A stretch of DNA of 64,000 nucleotides from the human T2T-CHM13v2.0 reference genome, Homo sapiens (GCF_009914755.1 NC_060926.1); one strand, 5' to 3'; shown: positions 42,847 to 60,254, numbered from the stretch's first letter. Notes: generated from the sequence alone by a model not told the origin. Made by a program: numbers and translations.

Positions 42847-45800
42847 GTGTTTCTTCAATTTGATATAATTGTCTCTTCTCACCATTTAGGAACACTGCAG
42901 AAACCTGAAATATTCATATTATTACTATGGTCTCAGGTCACTGATTTAGTCTCAGCTCCATTGTGCTAAGACAGTTGATTTTCCAAGCTATGATTTGCCT
43001 GGAGGAAGGGCAGAATTTACTTTGGTCCTAGCACATGTTAGAAACCCTGGGGGGAAGTATTTTGTGGTATTCCTGGATAGTGAATACAGGAAGTAATCCT
43101 ATAGTCCTCTATCCCACTCACATCTATGGTCAATGTCCAGTGTCGAATGCACAGTCAATGCCCTGTGTTTGGTTTCCACTGTCCATTCACCTATACCTGG
43201 ATTTTAGAGATTGTGAATTTGATAAATCAAAGTTCCTTTCCCTGTGTTTAGTAATAACTGAGTACAAGACAGTAAGCAATCAGAAAGTTGAGGACAACTA
43301 ATAGAGATAAACTTGGCTCCTAAGAACCTGAATCAGTCCGTGATACTCTAGGTTTATCCTGGTATTACCTGTATAGCTTCTTCTTTCCTACGTTCTCCTT
43401 TCTTTCTCCTCTCAATGGTCTCTACCTAAACCTCCTACTGATACTCCTTTCTTTTTCTTATTTTTCTACCTCACTTTTCTGTAGTCATTCAGAACTAAAT
43501 AGAGTGTCGACCTCTGAACCAATCTATAATATATTGCTGTGACCTGAATCCCATTTTCTCAGCTACCAATAAATTGCAATTCATTCCTCACAGCTTCCTG
43601 ACATAACCTCTGACTGGTTCATACTAAATCTTTACTATATCCCAGAAATGTAACCTGGTCTAGACTCTAGCTCACTTTTATGGTAACTCAGTATGCCTCT
43701 CTAAGAGGACAGTTATCCTAGTTTTTTTTTTTTTTCTTAAAGTTTGGGATGATATTTCAAAATTTGGGTAGAAATATTAACTGTGAACAAAGAATTTTAA
43801 AAATACCTTCATTCTAATGTCATTCTAGCTTGAAGAAACATGATGCTTTTTAACAGAATGACTGAACTTTACTTTTTTCCCCATTCAATTAAGAAAAAAG
43901 TTGAAAATTAACAAAGTATACATATTTTCTGAAGTCAAGGCTTTGCTTTGGTGTATTGGGAACTTTTCTGAACCCTTTCTATGAGAAGTAATTGGATGTG
44001 AGCATAAGATGAATTACAATTCAAATCAGTCATTGGAAGCATACTGATTGGCTCATCTAAAAGTGTAACTAACTCACTACTAGTAAATTCTCAAAACTTC
44101 TTAAAAATTCACCACTTTGGCAAATCTCAGTTTGCCAAAGCGAGGTAGAAAAAAATAATTACAACTTTTTATTTCTGATTATGTAATATAAGTGTATAAT
44201 TGAGTATCAGTGACAATTCAATTATGCTTAACAGATAGTGATCTGACACTACTAACGCTACTTTGCACCATGACTACCACCTGTCCCTGCCAGTGAGAAA
44301 CACCACAGACTATCACCATCTTTCTTGGAATCCTTACCAAATACAGAGTTTACTCTTAATTTTATGTAATAATCTTGTTTCTGGTGTCTGTTATGGAGCT
44401 CAGATAGAAGATAGGCTATGAATTATCTCAGTGGAGAATGGAAGAGAAAGATGCACTGTGACCAGTTTATTCCTATAACATCAAAAGATAATCTTCATCT
44501 CCTAATTATAGGAGTGATGTTAGCTATACAGCAGCAAATTGATAGCCATGCATGTCTACCCTCCCAGCAAGAGTAGAGTCCTGAGTTTGCCTAAGGGCTA
44601 CCTAGCTCCATTGGAAACACTCTGCTCCCTTGTTCAACAGCTATTTTGGTTTTGGCTAGTCTCAATTAACACACATTTAAAAGAAGTTGCATGGTCAGGA
44701 AAAGCTTTCAAAAAACTTCCAAAGTGGCATTTATGTCTGTCTCAAAATAGAACATCAGTGACCAAAAGGATGCTTTGAAGTGAATGAAAAAAAGACTCTG
44801 AAAAAAGAGAGGGGTCTAGAAAGCAGGGTCTTTTTGAGCAAGTTGGTGTATTGCTAAATGGTCACATCTCTTCCCATTATTACCAAGAATTAAGGCTACT
44901 GGAAGAAAGAACCAAAGAAAAAAACATAAAAGGTACAGCTTGAGGGCAAATGTCAGCAAAAAGAGGGAAAGCCTGCAGGGAGAATCAAAAACAGCACGGA
45001 GGGGATAGACTATAGGAAATAATAAATAAAAACATCCTTGAGTCGTAGAACTAAAAGCATTAAGGCAATAAGTGGCAAAAAAAAATTTTTAAGGAAGAAA
45101 AACTGAAAAGTAGGGCAAACTTACATGGATTTGCAGTAAAGGCAGCTGAGGTCCAGTAAAAAATGGTTCCATCTAGACATTAAAATAGTTGCAGAAGGCA
45201 TATTCTGTATTACCACAACAGGAATATGGATAGAGATAGAAAGTCTCCTATAGATGGTAGATGGGCAGCTCAAATACTAGAATGAGGATATTGTCAGAGA
45301 AGTAAAAGAGAAAAACTGATCTAGGAGACAGAATAAAAGTCTTACCCAAGATCCTTGCAAAAAAATCTTCCAGCGGAAGTCTAAGAACCTGTTCACTGAC
45401 ATTTAACACAATTTTTCCTTAAGAGAACAGATTGAAGTAACAGATATTCAATGCAAAGAATCTCCTTTATCAAATATCTGCTAAATATTGGCGCTAAGTC
45501 TGAGTAACATCTATAACTCTTCTTAAAAAGTGGCTTTGTTAGGGAGTCTCTTCGATTACTCTCTGTATCTGTATGTCTGATAGATGAGAAAGAATCTTTC
45601 TATTCTCAAATAAGGCACAAGGAAGTTGTAATTAGATTTTACCAAACTCACATATTCTACCTAGAGGAAACTAGTTAAAAAAAAAAAAAAGGCCAAAATT
45701 CTCTGTGCTGGAATGATTTTAGGTTACCTTGTGTTGGAGATTGGATGGAGCTTCTAAGTAGAGGCAGATTTATCCTAAAGCTAATGATGAGAGAGCTTTA

Positions 45801-46228
45801 GGGCCACCTCACTTGTATGACCTCAAAACAGAAGTTAATACTTTGGGTATGATCTGGTTTTTTTGCTCTTATTTGAATGTTCTTTTTGATGTTAGAATAA
45901 TCTTTATCATTCTTCATCCTTTTTGCTTCTTATACCAGTATTTTTATCTGAACTTTCTTAGTTCTTTAATAAATTATGTAAGACAAATAAGGTACCATTT
46001 ATACAGTATAAGTCAGTGTGTATACTTTCTTATTATTTTTACTGAAACATTTAAGAAATGGTTACAGAATAGGGTACCTGAACATCCACAACAGGCCATT
46101 TCTTTCTGTCTTTTAACAGGTTATATGTATGGACTTTATTGAGTTCTAAAGAATTCATTCAATACCTCTGAGAACCCAGTTACCAATAACTCCCTGGCTC
46201 ATATTTTCTGGTTTCACCACCTGAGAGG

Positions 46229-46318
46229 TGTATGAGTCAGGTTTCTCCAGAAAGACAAAACCAGACATCTAGGCATCCCTCAATCCAGTCAAGTTGACAC
46301 CTAAAGTTAACGATCACA
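46229..46318 (-). mobile_element. Internally deleted MLT2 LTR (both termini, 90 bp)
   Basis: 'tgtatgagtcaggtttctccagaaagaca' joined to 'caatccagtcaagttgacacctaaagttaacgatcaca'; near-TSD agagg/agaga. Confidence 0.75.
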
Positions 46319-46365
46319 AGAGAGATTGTGCCTCTTATCATATTCTCATTAAAGGAAAAAAACTC

Positions 46366-46779
<414 letters not shown>

Positions 46780-47463
46780 TCAGCTCCCAGCTCAGATTCC
46801 AGCCTCTCATTGCCCACTCTTAAAGAGTTAAGCAGTGCTACCTTAAGGAATCAGAACAGTTCAAATGATTTCAGAGCCTACCTTCAGCCAGAAGGCTGAA
46901 AGTATTTTGGTTATCATCTGGACATTTATTGACATTGCAACTGATAGAGAATAAAGAGTGATGAATTATTGCAGACCCATCCTTTTTATATTGTTGTAAT
47001 GAAAAGATTTAAAGTACTATACTGTCTAGACCAGAACACGGAGTCTTCTCAAATATTGGCAGATCTTGGAACGTTATGTGATTCAGATGTAAGGAATTAC
47101 TGTCAGAAGGGATTGGGAGTTGGGGAAGGGGAAGAGGTGGTAGAGATTCAATGCAGTATTTATTAACTTCTTATAGAATAAAAATAATTAATTTTGTTTG
47201 GTTATTTTAATTAATTATAATTCCCCACCAGATACTCATTAAATTATTTTCTGTTTAAAAATCCCAAGTTAAATTATTTTCTATTAAAATCTCACCAGGC
47301 ATTTCTTATAGGAGAAACACCTATAAGAAATACAGGGACCAATGAATACCTGATTAATACAGGATTGCTTAAGAAAGGATGAAAGAAGGTAGAGTTTCAG
47401 AATTAACATAGTAGTGAAGGTTATATCTCTAAGACTTTTAAACTTTTGTGAAGAAAATGATTG

Positions 47464-47825
<362 letters not shown>

Positions 47826-48460
47826 TTAATCATATCTGGGAGTCACTCTAAGAAAAAAATAGGAGTCAATATTAAAGGCTAATGTAATTAATTTATTCAA
47901 GTAGAACCTTCAGGCTGAAGAAGAAGGAAACTAAATGCTACTCAATATAATTATAGGACTCAGAGAAAGAGAAGGTAGGGGTGTCTTGATAATTAAGAAC
48001 ATTACTTTCTCGAATTTTTTTTCATCTGGTGCCCCCAATTCAGTGGATAGGTATATTTTCTTTAACCTCCTCAACATTCTAAAAATTGGACATTTCATAT
48101 GTAAATCTAGATTTCTGAAGAGAGAGAGAGAAAAATGTAGCAACACTGTCTGCATTCCTGCAAAACAGCATTTGCTGGGAGGCATGTAACAACTGTGCCC
48201 TTTGCAAAAGCATGCAAGCTCATTCTGCGTTGCCCTGATTCCTGTCTCTCCCTATTAATGACACCAAGTCCATCTCACTCATTTACATTACCTGCTTGAA
48301 GTCTGAATGCCTCAATTATGATTCTTAGTTTGGAATGCCCTATTCCCCCCAAAAGTAATGAATTTTCTTGGATATGTGTTTCACTTAAAAGTTACTTAAT
48401 TACGGGGATCTGCTCAACTGTAACACATACTGATGCAAATATTGAAAAAAAAAAAAATCC

Positions 48461-48752
48461 AGCTGGGCCCAGTGGCTCATGCCTGTAATCCCAGCACTTT
48501 GGGAGGCCAAGGCAGGTAGATTGCTTGAGCTCAGGAGTTTGATACCAGCCTGGCAACATGGCGAGACCTCATCTCTACTAAAATTCAAAAATATTAGCTG
48601 GGCATGGTTGTGCATGCCTTTAGTCCCAGCTACTCAGAGGTGTTGAGGCTGGAGGATCACTTGAGCTTGAGAAGTTGAGGCTGCAGTGAGTGCTGATCAT
48701 GCCACTGCGCTCCAGCTGTGGTGACAGAACAAGACTGTGTCTCAAAAAAAAA
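48461..48752 (+). mobile_element. AluJ
   Basis: J-type right arm; TSD aaaaatccagc / aaaattccagc. Confidence 0.9.
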
Positions 48753-49269
48753 ATTCCAGCAAGGAGCTTCCTTCTTCCCCATTAACAATGGTTCAGAGCT
48801 GTTACTCCTCACCTGTTCTATGTAGGAGACTTGGTATCCACCTGCTTCACTGACATCCCGTCAAACCCTGGGGCTGCTATTTCCTTTCACGCATCAGACT
48901 TGGGTATTTATGTTAAAGAAGGAGGGGGAATGGATTCAGGAGAGGTGGAGTGTTCTGTGTAGGTGGGTGGGAATTTAGGCAGATGACTAGAAGATAGAGA
49001 TGCTTGGAGGAGTGCATGTGTGTACCTGAGGGGCATGAGATGCAAAGAAACCCTGGAGGGGACCTCTTTTGCAGGACCCAATTCTTAGGTGCCTTTTCTT
49101 TCAGTACTTAAGTACAACCTTTCGCCATCTATGTTATATGTGTCTCCTGAAATTGCCCTAACCTTTTAGTAGGCAAATTTGCACTTGGCTAAATATCTAG
49201 TGTGGTAGTCTTGAGACTAAAATGATGAGTTAATAAAAGCAAAGCAGGCTTTTTTATGCTATGAATCTC

Positions 49270-49715
49270 TGGCACAAGTGAAGAGTGGCAGTTCTGGCTA
49301 TGTCTTGCTACATACCAACCACCTCCAAAACTTAAAGCCATAAAATAACAACCACATTATTATGCTCGCAACTCTGCTAATTGGGCAGGGCCTCTGCAGA
49401 GATGCTCAAATGGCTGAGGGGTAGAGCAGCTGACCATGTATATCTCTCTCTTATGTGGTCTCAGAGCCGCTCCACATGGTCTTCTCATTTTGTCTTTCCA
49501 GCAAGGCAGCCTCAGGGAGGTCAGGGTTTCTGTATAGCAGCTGAGGACTCCAAGAGTGAGTGCAAAACTTTTATACCCTCACCTTAGAAATTCTAAAATG
49601 CTACACTCCATTGCTCAAGTAAGTCTGGTGGATTTAAGATCAGAGGAACTAAACAATGCCTCTCAATGAGAGAAGCAAGAAAAAAAATTCGTGGACGTAT
49701 TCAATCTACGACTAT
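49270..49715 (-). mobile_element. MLT1I/J-like LTR remnant
   Basis: 'aaccacctccaaaactta...aaaataacaaccacattattatgctc...attgggcagggc'. Confidence 0.6.
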
Positions 49716-49983
49716 GGCCTTCTAAGCTTACTGAGTGCACTATAACATAGGTTTCCGGCAGTTACTGGCATTACAGATGGGTAATCCAGGGCAGAGTTGG
49801 GAACTAGGGGACTGCAGGAGAACTCTGTCAGTGAACCTACCTGACCGAGACAGTAAGGTCAAACCTTCCCATTACTCCTAAGAGGGAAAGAGTGCTACCA
49901 TTAGAAAGGGGAAAGGAGTCAGGCAGAATCATTTCTGTGGAATTGTTGTCAACATCTCATTTATTTTGCCATCACAACTAGTT

Positions 49984-50295
49984 TTTTGTTGTTTTTTTTT
50001 TTTTTTTTTTTTGAGACAGAATCTCGCTCTTGTTGCTCAGGCTGGAGTGCAGTGGCACTATCTCGGCTCACTGCAACCTCCGTCTGCTGGATTCAAGCGA
50101 TTCTTCTGCCTCAGCCTCCTGAATAGCTGAGATTACAGGCACCCGCCACCACGCCCGGCTAATTTTTGTACTTTTAGTAGAGACGGGGTTTTGCCATGTT
50201 GGCCAGGCTGGTCTCAAACTCCTGACCTCAGGTGATCTGCCTGCCTTGGCCTCCCAGAGTGCTGGGATTACAGGCATGAGCCACCAAGCCCAGCC
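49984..50295 (-). mobile_element. AluS (Sx/Sq)
   Basis: Full dimer; TSD cacaactagtt / cacaactggtt. Confidence 0.93.
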
Positions 50296-51469
50296 CACAA
50301 CTGGTTATTTTAAATATATGATACAATGTTGGAGAAAACTAAAAAGATTTCAGAGCAGCCAAAGCGGTAGTACAAGTTCTACTTGGGAATGTGTATTACT
50401 TATTCATAAGAGGACTGTTCGAGGTCTCATTTAGAGAGTTTATTCACTCTTACTTTACACACAATTAAAATAAATAGGTACATACACTTTTTGGTACATT
50501 AGTGGATAACAAATTTAAAGTACCTTAGTAGATTGGTAGAGAGAGATGCGTAATACTGTCAGAGGTAAGTCCACTGACAGCAACAAGAAATGACTCAGCT
50601 GTTAAGCCTAAATAGCTTCCAAATCCCAGTATCTTTCCCCTCTTTTCCATACTCTATACCCTATCATACAAAACTCTAGGATCAGCTGGTCTTCCTGTAT
50701 GGGCTCATCTTCATTCTCAATTCCAAGAACAATGGAAACTTAAATACTTAAAGAACCACTTCCCGAGGGTCAGCATTTAGTTATCTCTGGTGTAGATCTG
50801 ACCCTGAAGTCTTGTCTCTGTTGTAATGACTGGGAATCCCCTTATTCCTGAGCCCCGCCCTTCCCTTAATTCTCCTAACTGGGCTTCATCCTGGATTCCT
50901 GTTTTCAGGGTGTTATTTGATAACTGATGTAGAAACTCCTCCTAGATTGTGGTCCTTCCCATTCAGCGGTTAGCCACAGCACATGAATGAATCCTGTTTA
51001 GACAGTAGAGCTGTTTTACTTGGTGAAGGACATTTCTAGTGCCAGCTTCCTGGAAACTACTAGACTACTAAATGTCCCTAATCCAAGCCCCCTTTGTCAG
51101 TTTTTACCCATGTTAGGAATTCATGACCCTTCATCATGAAACCCTGTGGCTGACTGTCCAGGCCACAGCTGAAGAACTGAGGGAATGGCCAAGTGTTGAC
51201 CCTACATTTGTCACCATCTCAACATCTGGTGTTGGCACTGTCTGCTGGCTGAGCAGGTTGAATGCTGACAGTGTAGATACTGTTCCACTGCCTTTCTCCC
51301 CCATCCTGGTTGGCTAATGGCCATGGCTTCTTGATGCCCTAGATATGACCTCAACATCCTTAAATTAAAAGAGCAGAAGAAAAAAAAATGAATGTCCACT
51401 GAACAAACACAACATCAAAAGAAAGTGTGGGACTATTTTGTGAACAACTAAACACCTCAAGAATAGTGG

Positions 51470-51690
51470 TAATAGTAATGCACGTTTATCAGGCACTCTT
51501 CTAAATCTTTTACATGTATGAACTCATTTCATCCTCACAACAGCTTGGTGAGGCAGTACTATTATTATTCTCATTTTGTGGATGAGGACACCAGAGTGCA
51601 AGTAACGAGTCTAGGTACACTTAGTAGAGTTAGGGGGAGGGCTAAATTTTAAACCTGGCCATCTTGCCCCAGAATTCACACTCTTACCCA
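51470..51690 (-). mobile_element. MIR
   Basis: 'aactcatttcatcctcacaacagc...attattattctcattttgtggatgaggacac'. Confidence 0.75.
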
Positions 51691-51821
51691 TTTTTTCTGA
51701 GGCCCCTGTAGATGTCAGTGCATCCTAGCCCAGTATAATAACCCAAGCTTACAATGATGGTCCTGAGTCACCAAGAAGATACAATTCTGTTCCAGAGGGC
51801 AGAAAGAATTCTCTCAAAACC

Positions 51822-52010
51822 TAATGGGGTGGTTGGGGGGAGAGCATCAGGAAGAATAGCTAAGGGATGCTGGGCTTCATAACTAGGTGATGGGTTGATC
51901 TGTGCACCAAACCACCATGGCACACTTTCACCTATGCAACAAACTTGCACATCCTGCACATGTACCCTGAACATAGAATAAAAGCTGAAGAAAAATAAAT
52001 TATTAAAAAA
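51822..52010 (+). mobile_element. L1PA (older) 3' terminal fragment
   Basis: 'gagcatcaggaagaatagctaa...aaccaccatggcacac...gcacatcctgcacatgtaccc'. Confidence 0.85.
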
Positions 52011-52193
52011 TAATGTCACTTTAAGGGGCCAGCTATTGTTATCTGGAAAATTCACTTATATGGGGCACTCTAAACAGTGTTGTTACTCTTTTATGGCCAT
52101 TCACTTTTTCATGATGTTTACTGAATACCTGAGTCATACCACATCTTTAATTTAGACCTAAATTTTTATAAGCTATGGGTACATACACTAATA

Positions 52194-53619
<1,426 letters not shown>

Positions 53620-54169
53620 TAATTTTTGTATTACACAGCCTTTTAAAGTTTTTGATCAAGAATAATCAAAGTGGTATATATTAGATCCACATTTACAGCC
53701 CCAAACTGAAAACGAATTAACATTTTCCCCTGTAACACATCCGTAGAATTAACATGATAACTATCAATTCTATTTTTCTGAAAGTTTGGCCAGGTGATTA
53801 AAATAAACTTTGTTTTTCCATTATATTTTTCAAATAAAGGAATTTCAATTACCTCACAATTAAGGCACAGTTAGTTTGTCACAGGTCATGACTTAATTGC
53901 CTCAATCTGGAATTTCCAGCCAAATTATCTCATTAGCATTCAGAGCCTTTAGGCCACTGAAAGTCTAACTAAACAAAACATGGTGTCATAAATTTTTGTC
54001 TGAGAAAGGGCAGTTAGGGGTATTAAAAACACATACAAATAGAAAAGAAACCATCCAGGACATTTAACCATTTCTTCCTAAGAAATTCCCAAGATTGACG
54101 ATGTTTGAAAAGTAAGCTAATGCATGGAAAGCATGTTTTTTTTCTGGCGTCACAGAAGAATTATAGTGA

Positions 54170-54300
54170 GACATTTTAACAAATATTTGGGCTCTACCCC
54201 AGCTGATTAAATCAGAAGCTCAGGGTGTAGGCCCTGGACATTGTATATTTAAAATTTCCCTAGTGAATTCTGATGTGCAAAAAGCTGGAAAACACCAATC
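54170..54300. mobile_element. MER5A-like fragment
   Basis: 'taaatcagaagctcagggtgtaggccc...ttaaaatttccctagtgaattctgatgtgc'. Confidence 0.6.
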
Positions 54301-54304
54301 TAAG

Positions 54305-54840
<536 letters not shown>

Positions 54841-56192
54841 TAGGCTAATGTATTGATAATATTGCATTTGGGTGGTAGTATTCAGATGTGTTAAATTTGC
54901 TCAGAAGAACTGAGGAAAGAATTATGTGAAGAATTGAAGAATTAGATGTTTTCCTTCCTTAATTATTCTTCCAGAAAGTTGAACACACTATCTCTGCTTA
55001 TATCTCATTGGTTGAAACTGAGTCACACAGCCCTATCTAGCAGCAAGAGAGACTAGGAAATGTAGTCCTTATTCTAATGGCCATGTGCCCAGCTAAAATC
55101 CAAAGATCTATTATTATACTAAGGGAAAAGGAGAACACAAATATTGTGTGACTAAAAGAAGTCTCTTTCACATTGGTCTGCTTCCTATTTAAATACCACA
55201 CCCAAAGTGCTGCAACAGGAACAGGAAAAAACACGCCCTGAATGGGAAAACAAGTAATGAACAGGTTAAGACTCCATTTGCTATTATCTCTTGTGTTAAA
55301 ACATTTGATCCCTCAACTTTTTGGGATGATGTGCTCACTGATTAGCCTCTGATGCAGCACAGAAAACATTTTTCAGTCAGAAATCCCACTATATCGGGTG
55401 TATTTGATCCAGATATCCAGAACTAATTGAACAGAGTCACCGAACATTTGCTGCCATATTGCTGGGTGGGGTGAGCATGTAATTTATGTACAAGGTAGAC
55501 AGGTGAGAGCAAAAGGGGTGCTGTTAATAGTTATACTTGGACAACAGTAAAATCTGGGAAGCTCAGACGATAGTCATTCTAATTTTGATCTACTATTTGA
55601 ATGAGCATTTTAAAATATGAGATAAAAAGAGAGAAAAAACAAACCTCAATGTGGAAGGCTGACCTTTGTGCCAGACAGATGTTATTACTTTAGTTGAAAA
55701 GTAGCAAATAACATCATTACTCACGATGATATAAATACACTTTAATTACTTTAAATTTTAAAAGAGTATATTTTATCATTGAAAAACTTATCTGTAAGTT
55801 TACCTAAAATTGGTGGTCTTTGTGAAGCCAAACATCATCAAGGTAGTTCATAGATACCAAAAACTTGAGAAACAGTGTCTAAAAGATAAAATTATTTTGA
55901 GAATTCAAGGATTTTTAATATCAATATAGGATAGATAACAAAAGGCATGTCAACAAGTCTTGGCAACTCTAACTCTTAATATTTCAAAATCTACGTCCTT
56001 TTACCAAGCGACATCCCTGTTGTCATCATTATAATTGGATTCCTTTACTCCAATGTATTTGTCCCCCAAATCCAGGGACCACCTTATTCCCAGAGCAAGC
56101 TTTCTAAAGCACAAACTCAGTCATGTGATTTTCCTTTCTGATATCTTTCCATGATACCCCATGCCCCATTGTCCTTCAGGGTCAAGTCCAGA

Positions 56193-56895
56193 CAGGGCTA
56201 CATAATTTGTGGGGCCCATTACCAAACAAAAATATGGGGCTCCTTGTTCAAAAAGCAGGAAAAATTGTGCCATTTAAGGTAATAAAATATAAAAGATTTT
56301 TCCTTTCTTCTCTGGTGTGTCTTTCAACTTTTCATGGTATCTTTATTTGCTATTTAATGTTCTAAGTTTAAACATTAAATATTTAAATTTTTAGAATAAA
56401 ATTTACCATTCTTCATATTATGGCACTGCCAACTTTAAATATAAATATAAAAGCATTTATCTTAAATGCAAAATCACCCAAATTACACAGGTTGTGTTTT
56501 ATATATGCATATGTGAAAATGCTGCACAAAACCAACTCAGCTGTTTGTATTTCACTTCTCGGTATGTGCACATCCCACTAACACTCTCTAGTGGTTACCC
56601 CACTTTTCCTTTCTTTCTATGTCATCATTTTCTACATAATACAGGCAAGTAATGCAAGAAAGGATATGATTGGGCTCCTCAGTCGGTCCTGCTTTTATTG
56701 AAGCAGCTATAGTTTGAACAGAAAGCCTGGCTTCTCAGGGCAGTCAGTGTCCCATGTATTTAGCTGTACAGATTATGCACTTACCTTGTACATTCTTTCA
56801 GTCATGTCGTATTCCCATGCACTGTGGGTCTACCTGAATTCTGTGCTCATGGGGCATCATGTATGCTAAATGTGAATGGGACAGCAAGAAACAGC
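56193..56895. mobile_element. hAT-Tip100 element (MER115/Zaphod-like)
   Basis: 'cagggctacataatttgtggggccc...ggggctccttgttcaaaaagcagg'. Confidence 0.65.
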
Positions 56896-56899
56896 AGAT

Positions 56900-57380
56900 A
56901 CACACAGTCTGTAGTCTTTTATGACCATTTCCTTTTCCTTATCATAATGCTTTTGAGATTCACACATAGTTTAATATCAGTAGTTCATTCCTTTTTATCG
57001 ATGAGTGGAATTCCATTGTATGGATATGCCACAGTTCGTTTAATCCATTCAAGAGTTGAGCGCTTGCCTTGTTTCCAGTTGTTAGCTATTATAAATAGCT
57101 ACTATGAACATTTGAATATGAGTATTTGCAGACATGTTTTCATTTTCTTGGGTAATTAACTAGCAGTGAAATAGTTGAGTCATTTGGTACGTGTATTTTT
57201 AACTTTTAAATAAACTTCCAAGTGGTTTTCCAAAGTGTTGTACTAGTTCACATTTCCACCTGAGGTGTGTGAGGGTTAATAATTACTCCATGTCCTCACC
57301 TACACGTGGTATTTTCAGATATTAATTTCTGGTGACTAGTGATGTTCATTGTAGTTTTAATTTGCAGTTCTCTGATATTG
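56900..57380 (-). mobile_element. Old L1M (L1MC/ME) 3' region
   Basis: 'cataatgcttttgagattcac...gtagttcattcctttttat...ttccattgtatggatatgccaca'. Confidence 0.7.
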
Positions 57381-59359
57381 AATTGAATAGTTTCTTAATT
57401 CCTTTCAATACTTTCAGAATGTCTGTCTTCCCTCCCTGACAGACTGTCAATCCCATGACAGCAGAGACTGCGTATTTCTTTTATCTTTTTGTTATTTCTG
57501 GACCTCTGTGGTCTTTATTAATTTAAAATATTTTAATGGGATATTTTAAAGATAAATAAAACTAGTGAGTAACAAACCTTCATGTACTCACCACTCATGT
57601 GTAAGAATCATCAAAACAAGCCCCTCATATTTCATCCACTAACACCTTTCAAATTCACCCCTCCCCTACCCACCCACACACTGAATTATTTTAAAGAAAA
57701 TCTGGGACGATATCTTTCTTGTGTATCTCTAGTGTTTAGAACAATACCCCAAAAGAGGGAGATACTCAATATTTATTGAATGACTAAATATTCTATGTAT
57801 GTTTACCCTACTTTATCTTATGCTCTTACCTTAAAGACAGACCATTACTTTGAGGCAGTTAATTAATCACATTGAGCTTTTTCAGTAAGTTTAAACAGTA
57901 ATATCATAAGATTCCTTCCAAAACTACCAAATTGGCATCTGGTCTCTGACTGTTGTCAGAGGGATGCTAAAAGCTGAGAAATAATAAAGTTTTCTTTGAG
58001 CTGATCAACATCTTGATTACTTGCCAAGATTTTTTGGTTGTGAAGCAGTGTCTTTGGATAAATCAGCCATGAAAACAAGCTTCAGCTATGGCAGATTTCT
58101 AGCCCTTAGAAGCTGTTTATGAAACTCTGTATTAGGTTGAATACTGAATAGTCCATCACACCAATAATGGGGCTAGAACAAAATTGCTTGACTCTGGTTC
58201 GATGCTACTTTAGAACACTAAGTTGTAAAACTGGCTGTCAGAATGGAATAAACAATCAGAGTAGCCTGCAGCAGAAAACCATCAGAGTTTGATGATTGGG
58301 CTAAAGTAAAGCAGATATAAGTCACATTTCTGGAGGCATAATTCACAATGTAAAAATTCTCTAAGAAACCTGCTCTTGTGCTGGTTAAGAGCTAAATAAG
58401 ACTGCCTGAGATGTCAGACAGGTAAATATATCTTTCATATTGCTGTGGTGTGCTCCTACAATTAACCCTGGAACAAAATACTTCTGAATCTTCTAGAAAA
58501 TTTTGAAAAAAACAAAATGCCTAAAAGGAAGGATGTGCTTTCAAAAACATAAATTGTGTGTGAGAGCCACAGCTTTGTTTTCCCAGAGAATAGCAATTGG
58601 ATCACTCCAAAAGCTTAATTAACAGGTTATATTGCTTCGTGACTTCCAGTTTGTTTCTGTTTGTTCGTCTCTAAGGTGAATCAGCCAAGGTAAGGTGTGC
58701 GCATCAGTTGAAACAATTCTTTCACGTAGTTGGCTTTTCTTGCCATGGGCTGTGAAATATATGACAAAAAATATCACATTTTTAAAGTGGCAGTGTAACA
58801 ATTTCTGTTGATCCTTATGTTGTGGTTAGATGCCAATAGCTCCACGAAGCCTACAGTTTAAAATAGCAATTATTTTAAAGTATGTCTCTTTTGTACACCA
58901 CTAGGAAATTGGATTGTGTTTTCTGAGCCTCCCCGGAGCATTAGCCAAAGCATAGCTAAAGCTTTTCCAGTATTATAAATCATCTTTGTAGGCTCACAGA
59001 TATTTTATAATAAAGGTTGGGATTTGCCTAATCTTTTTAATGTGAAATTCATGTTTCTTTTTCTCCATTAATCGCTATCCCATTTCTGTGACTCCACTCA
59101 CACATTAAATTTATCTAGGCTATCAGCCAAAGTGAAGTGCTTGTTTACCTTCTTCCTAAAGCCAGTCTCTTCATCCAAATTACCCACGGTAGATTAGAAC
59201 TCTATTTTGACCTTGCTACAAGAAAAGAAGTAACTCAGTTATTGTGGATCATGGGTAGGTGATAGGCTTATAAATTATCCACTTGTTTTGTTGGTATTAA
59301 CTTTTAAAAGGAAGCTTTTCTTTTAAGAAACATATATTAAGAGTTGTGAGAAAAATAAG

Positions 59360-59703
59360 CGCACTGGCTCAGGCCTGTAATACCAGCACTTTGGGAGGCT
59401 GAGGCGGGCAGATCACCTGAGGTCAGGAGTTTAAGACCAGCCTGGCTAATATGGTGAAACCCCGTCTCTACTAAAAATACAAAGTTAGCCGGGCATAGTG
59501 GCACACACTTGTAATCCCAGCTACTCAGGAGGCTGAGGCAGGAGCATCACTTGAACCCGGGAGGCGGAGGTTGCAGTGTACCATTGTACTCCAGCCTGGG
59601 CAAAAAAAGCACAGCTCCTCCATCTCAAAAAAAAAAAAAAAAAAAAAAAGAAAGAAAGAAAGAAAGAAAAAAGAAAAAAAAAGAAAAGAAAAAGAAGAAA
59701 AGC
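59360..59703 (+). mobile_element. AluSx with a long A/(GAAA)n tail
   Basis: TSD gttgtgagaaaaataag 59343-59359 / gttgcgaggaaaataag 59704-59720. Confidence 0.93.
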
Positions 59704-60254
59704 GTTGCGAGGAAAATAAGGTAAGACTTCTTTATATACTCAAAATGAATCAGACTATTAGGACACATTTAAAAAACTGGTTATCATGGGGAATTTGTAG
59801 TTTTCATTGTTGGATGTATGCCTATACAATTATATAATATCTTAAAAAACAGATGTCAATATATTCAATTGAATTGAATTGAAATATATTCAATTCTGAG
59901 TTCTGTCTGACATTGTGGAAACTCTCCCTTAACCTCATCCCTAAGTAAAAACCAAAAATAAGCAAATAAATAAATAAACTAAAACCACTCTAAAAAGAGC
60001 CTCAGCTGAATTATCAATACCATGTTTGAGGGGGAGAATGTCATTAGGACTAGAATCCATTTAGAAGTGATTTTTAGTACAAAATTAGAAAAATAATTGT
60101 TATTCAAGAAGTTTGCTTTAATTTGGTAAGAGAATAGACACCATTTCAATAAATGTAATTTAGGTTTTTAGTTACATATTATTTGGTACAGATATAGTTC
60201 TGCATTGCATAAAAATAATCACATTTTCTATCAGTTAATGTGGTGATTTTCCAT

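Noticed and set aside
59704-59727. Strong donor-like AAG|GTAAGA next to an Alu TSD, and other isolated splice-like motifs (30153, 46119, 50563)
   Set aside because: Isolated motifs are expected by chance in 64 kb, and I found no coherent exon chain.
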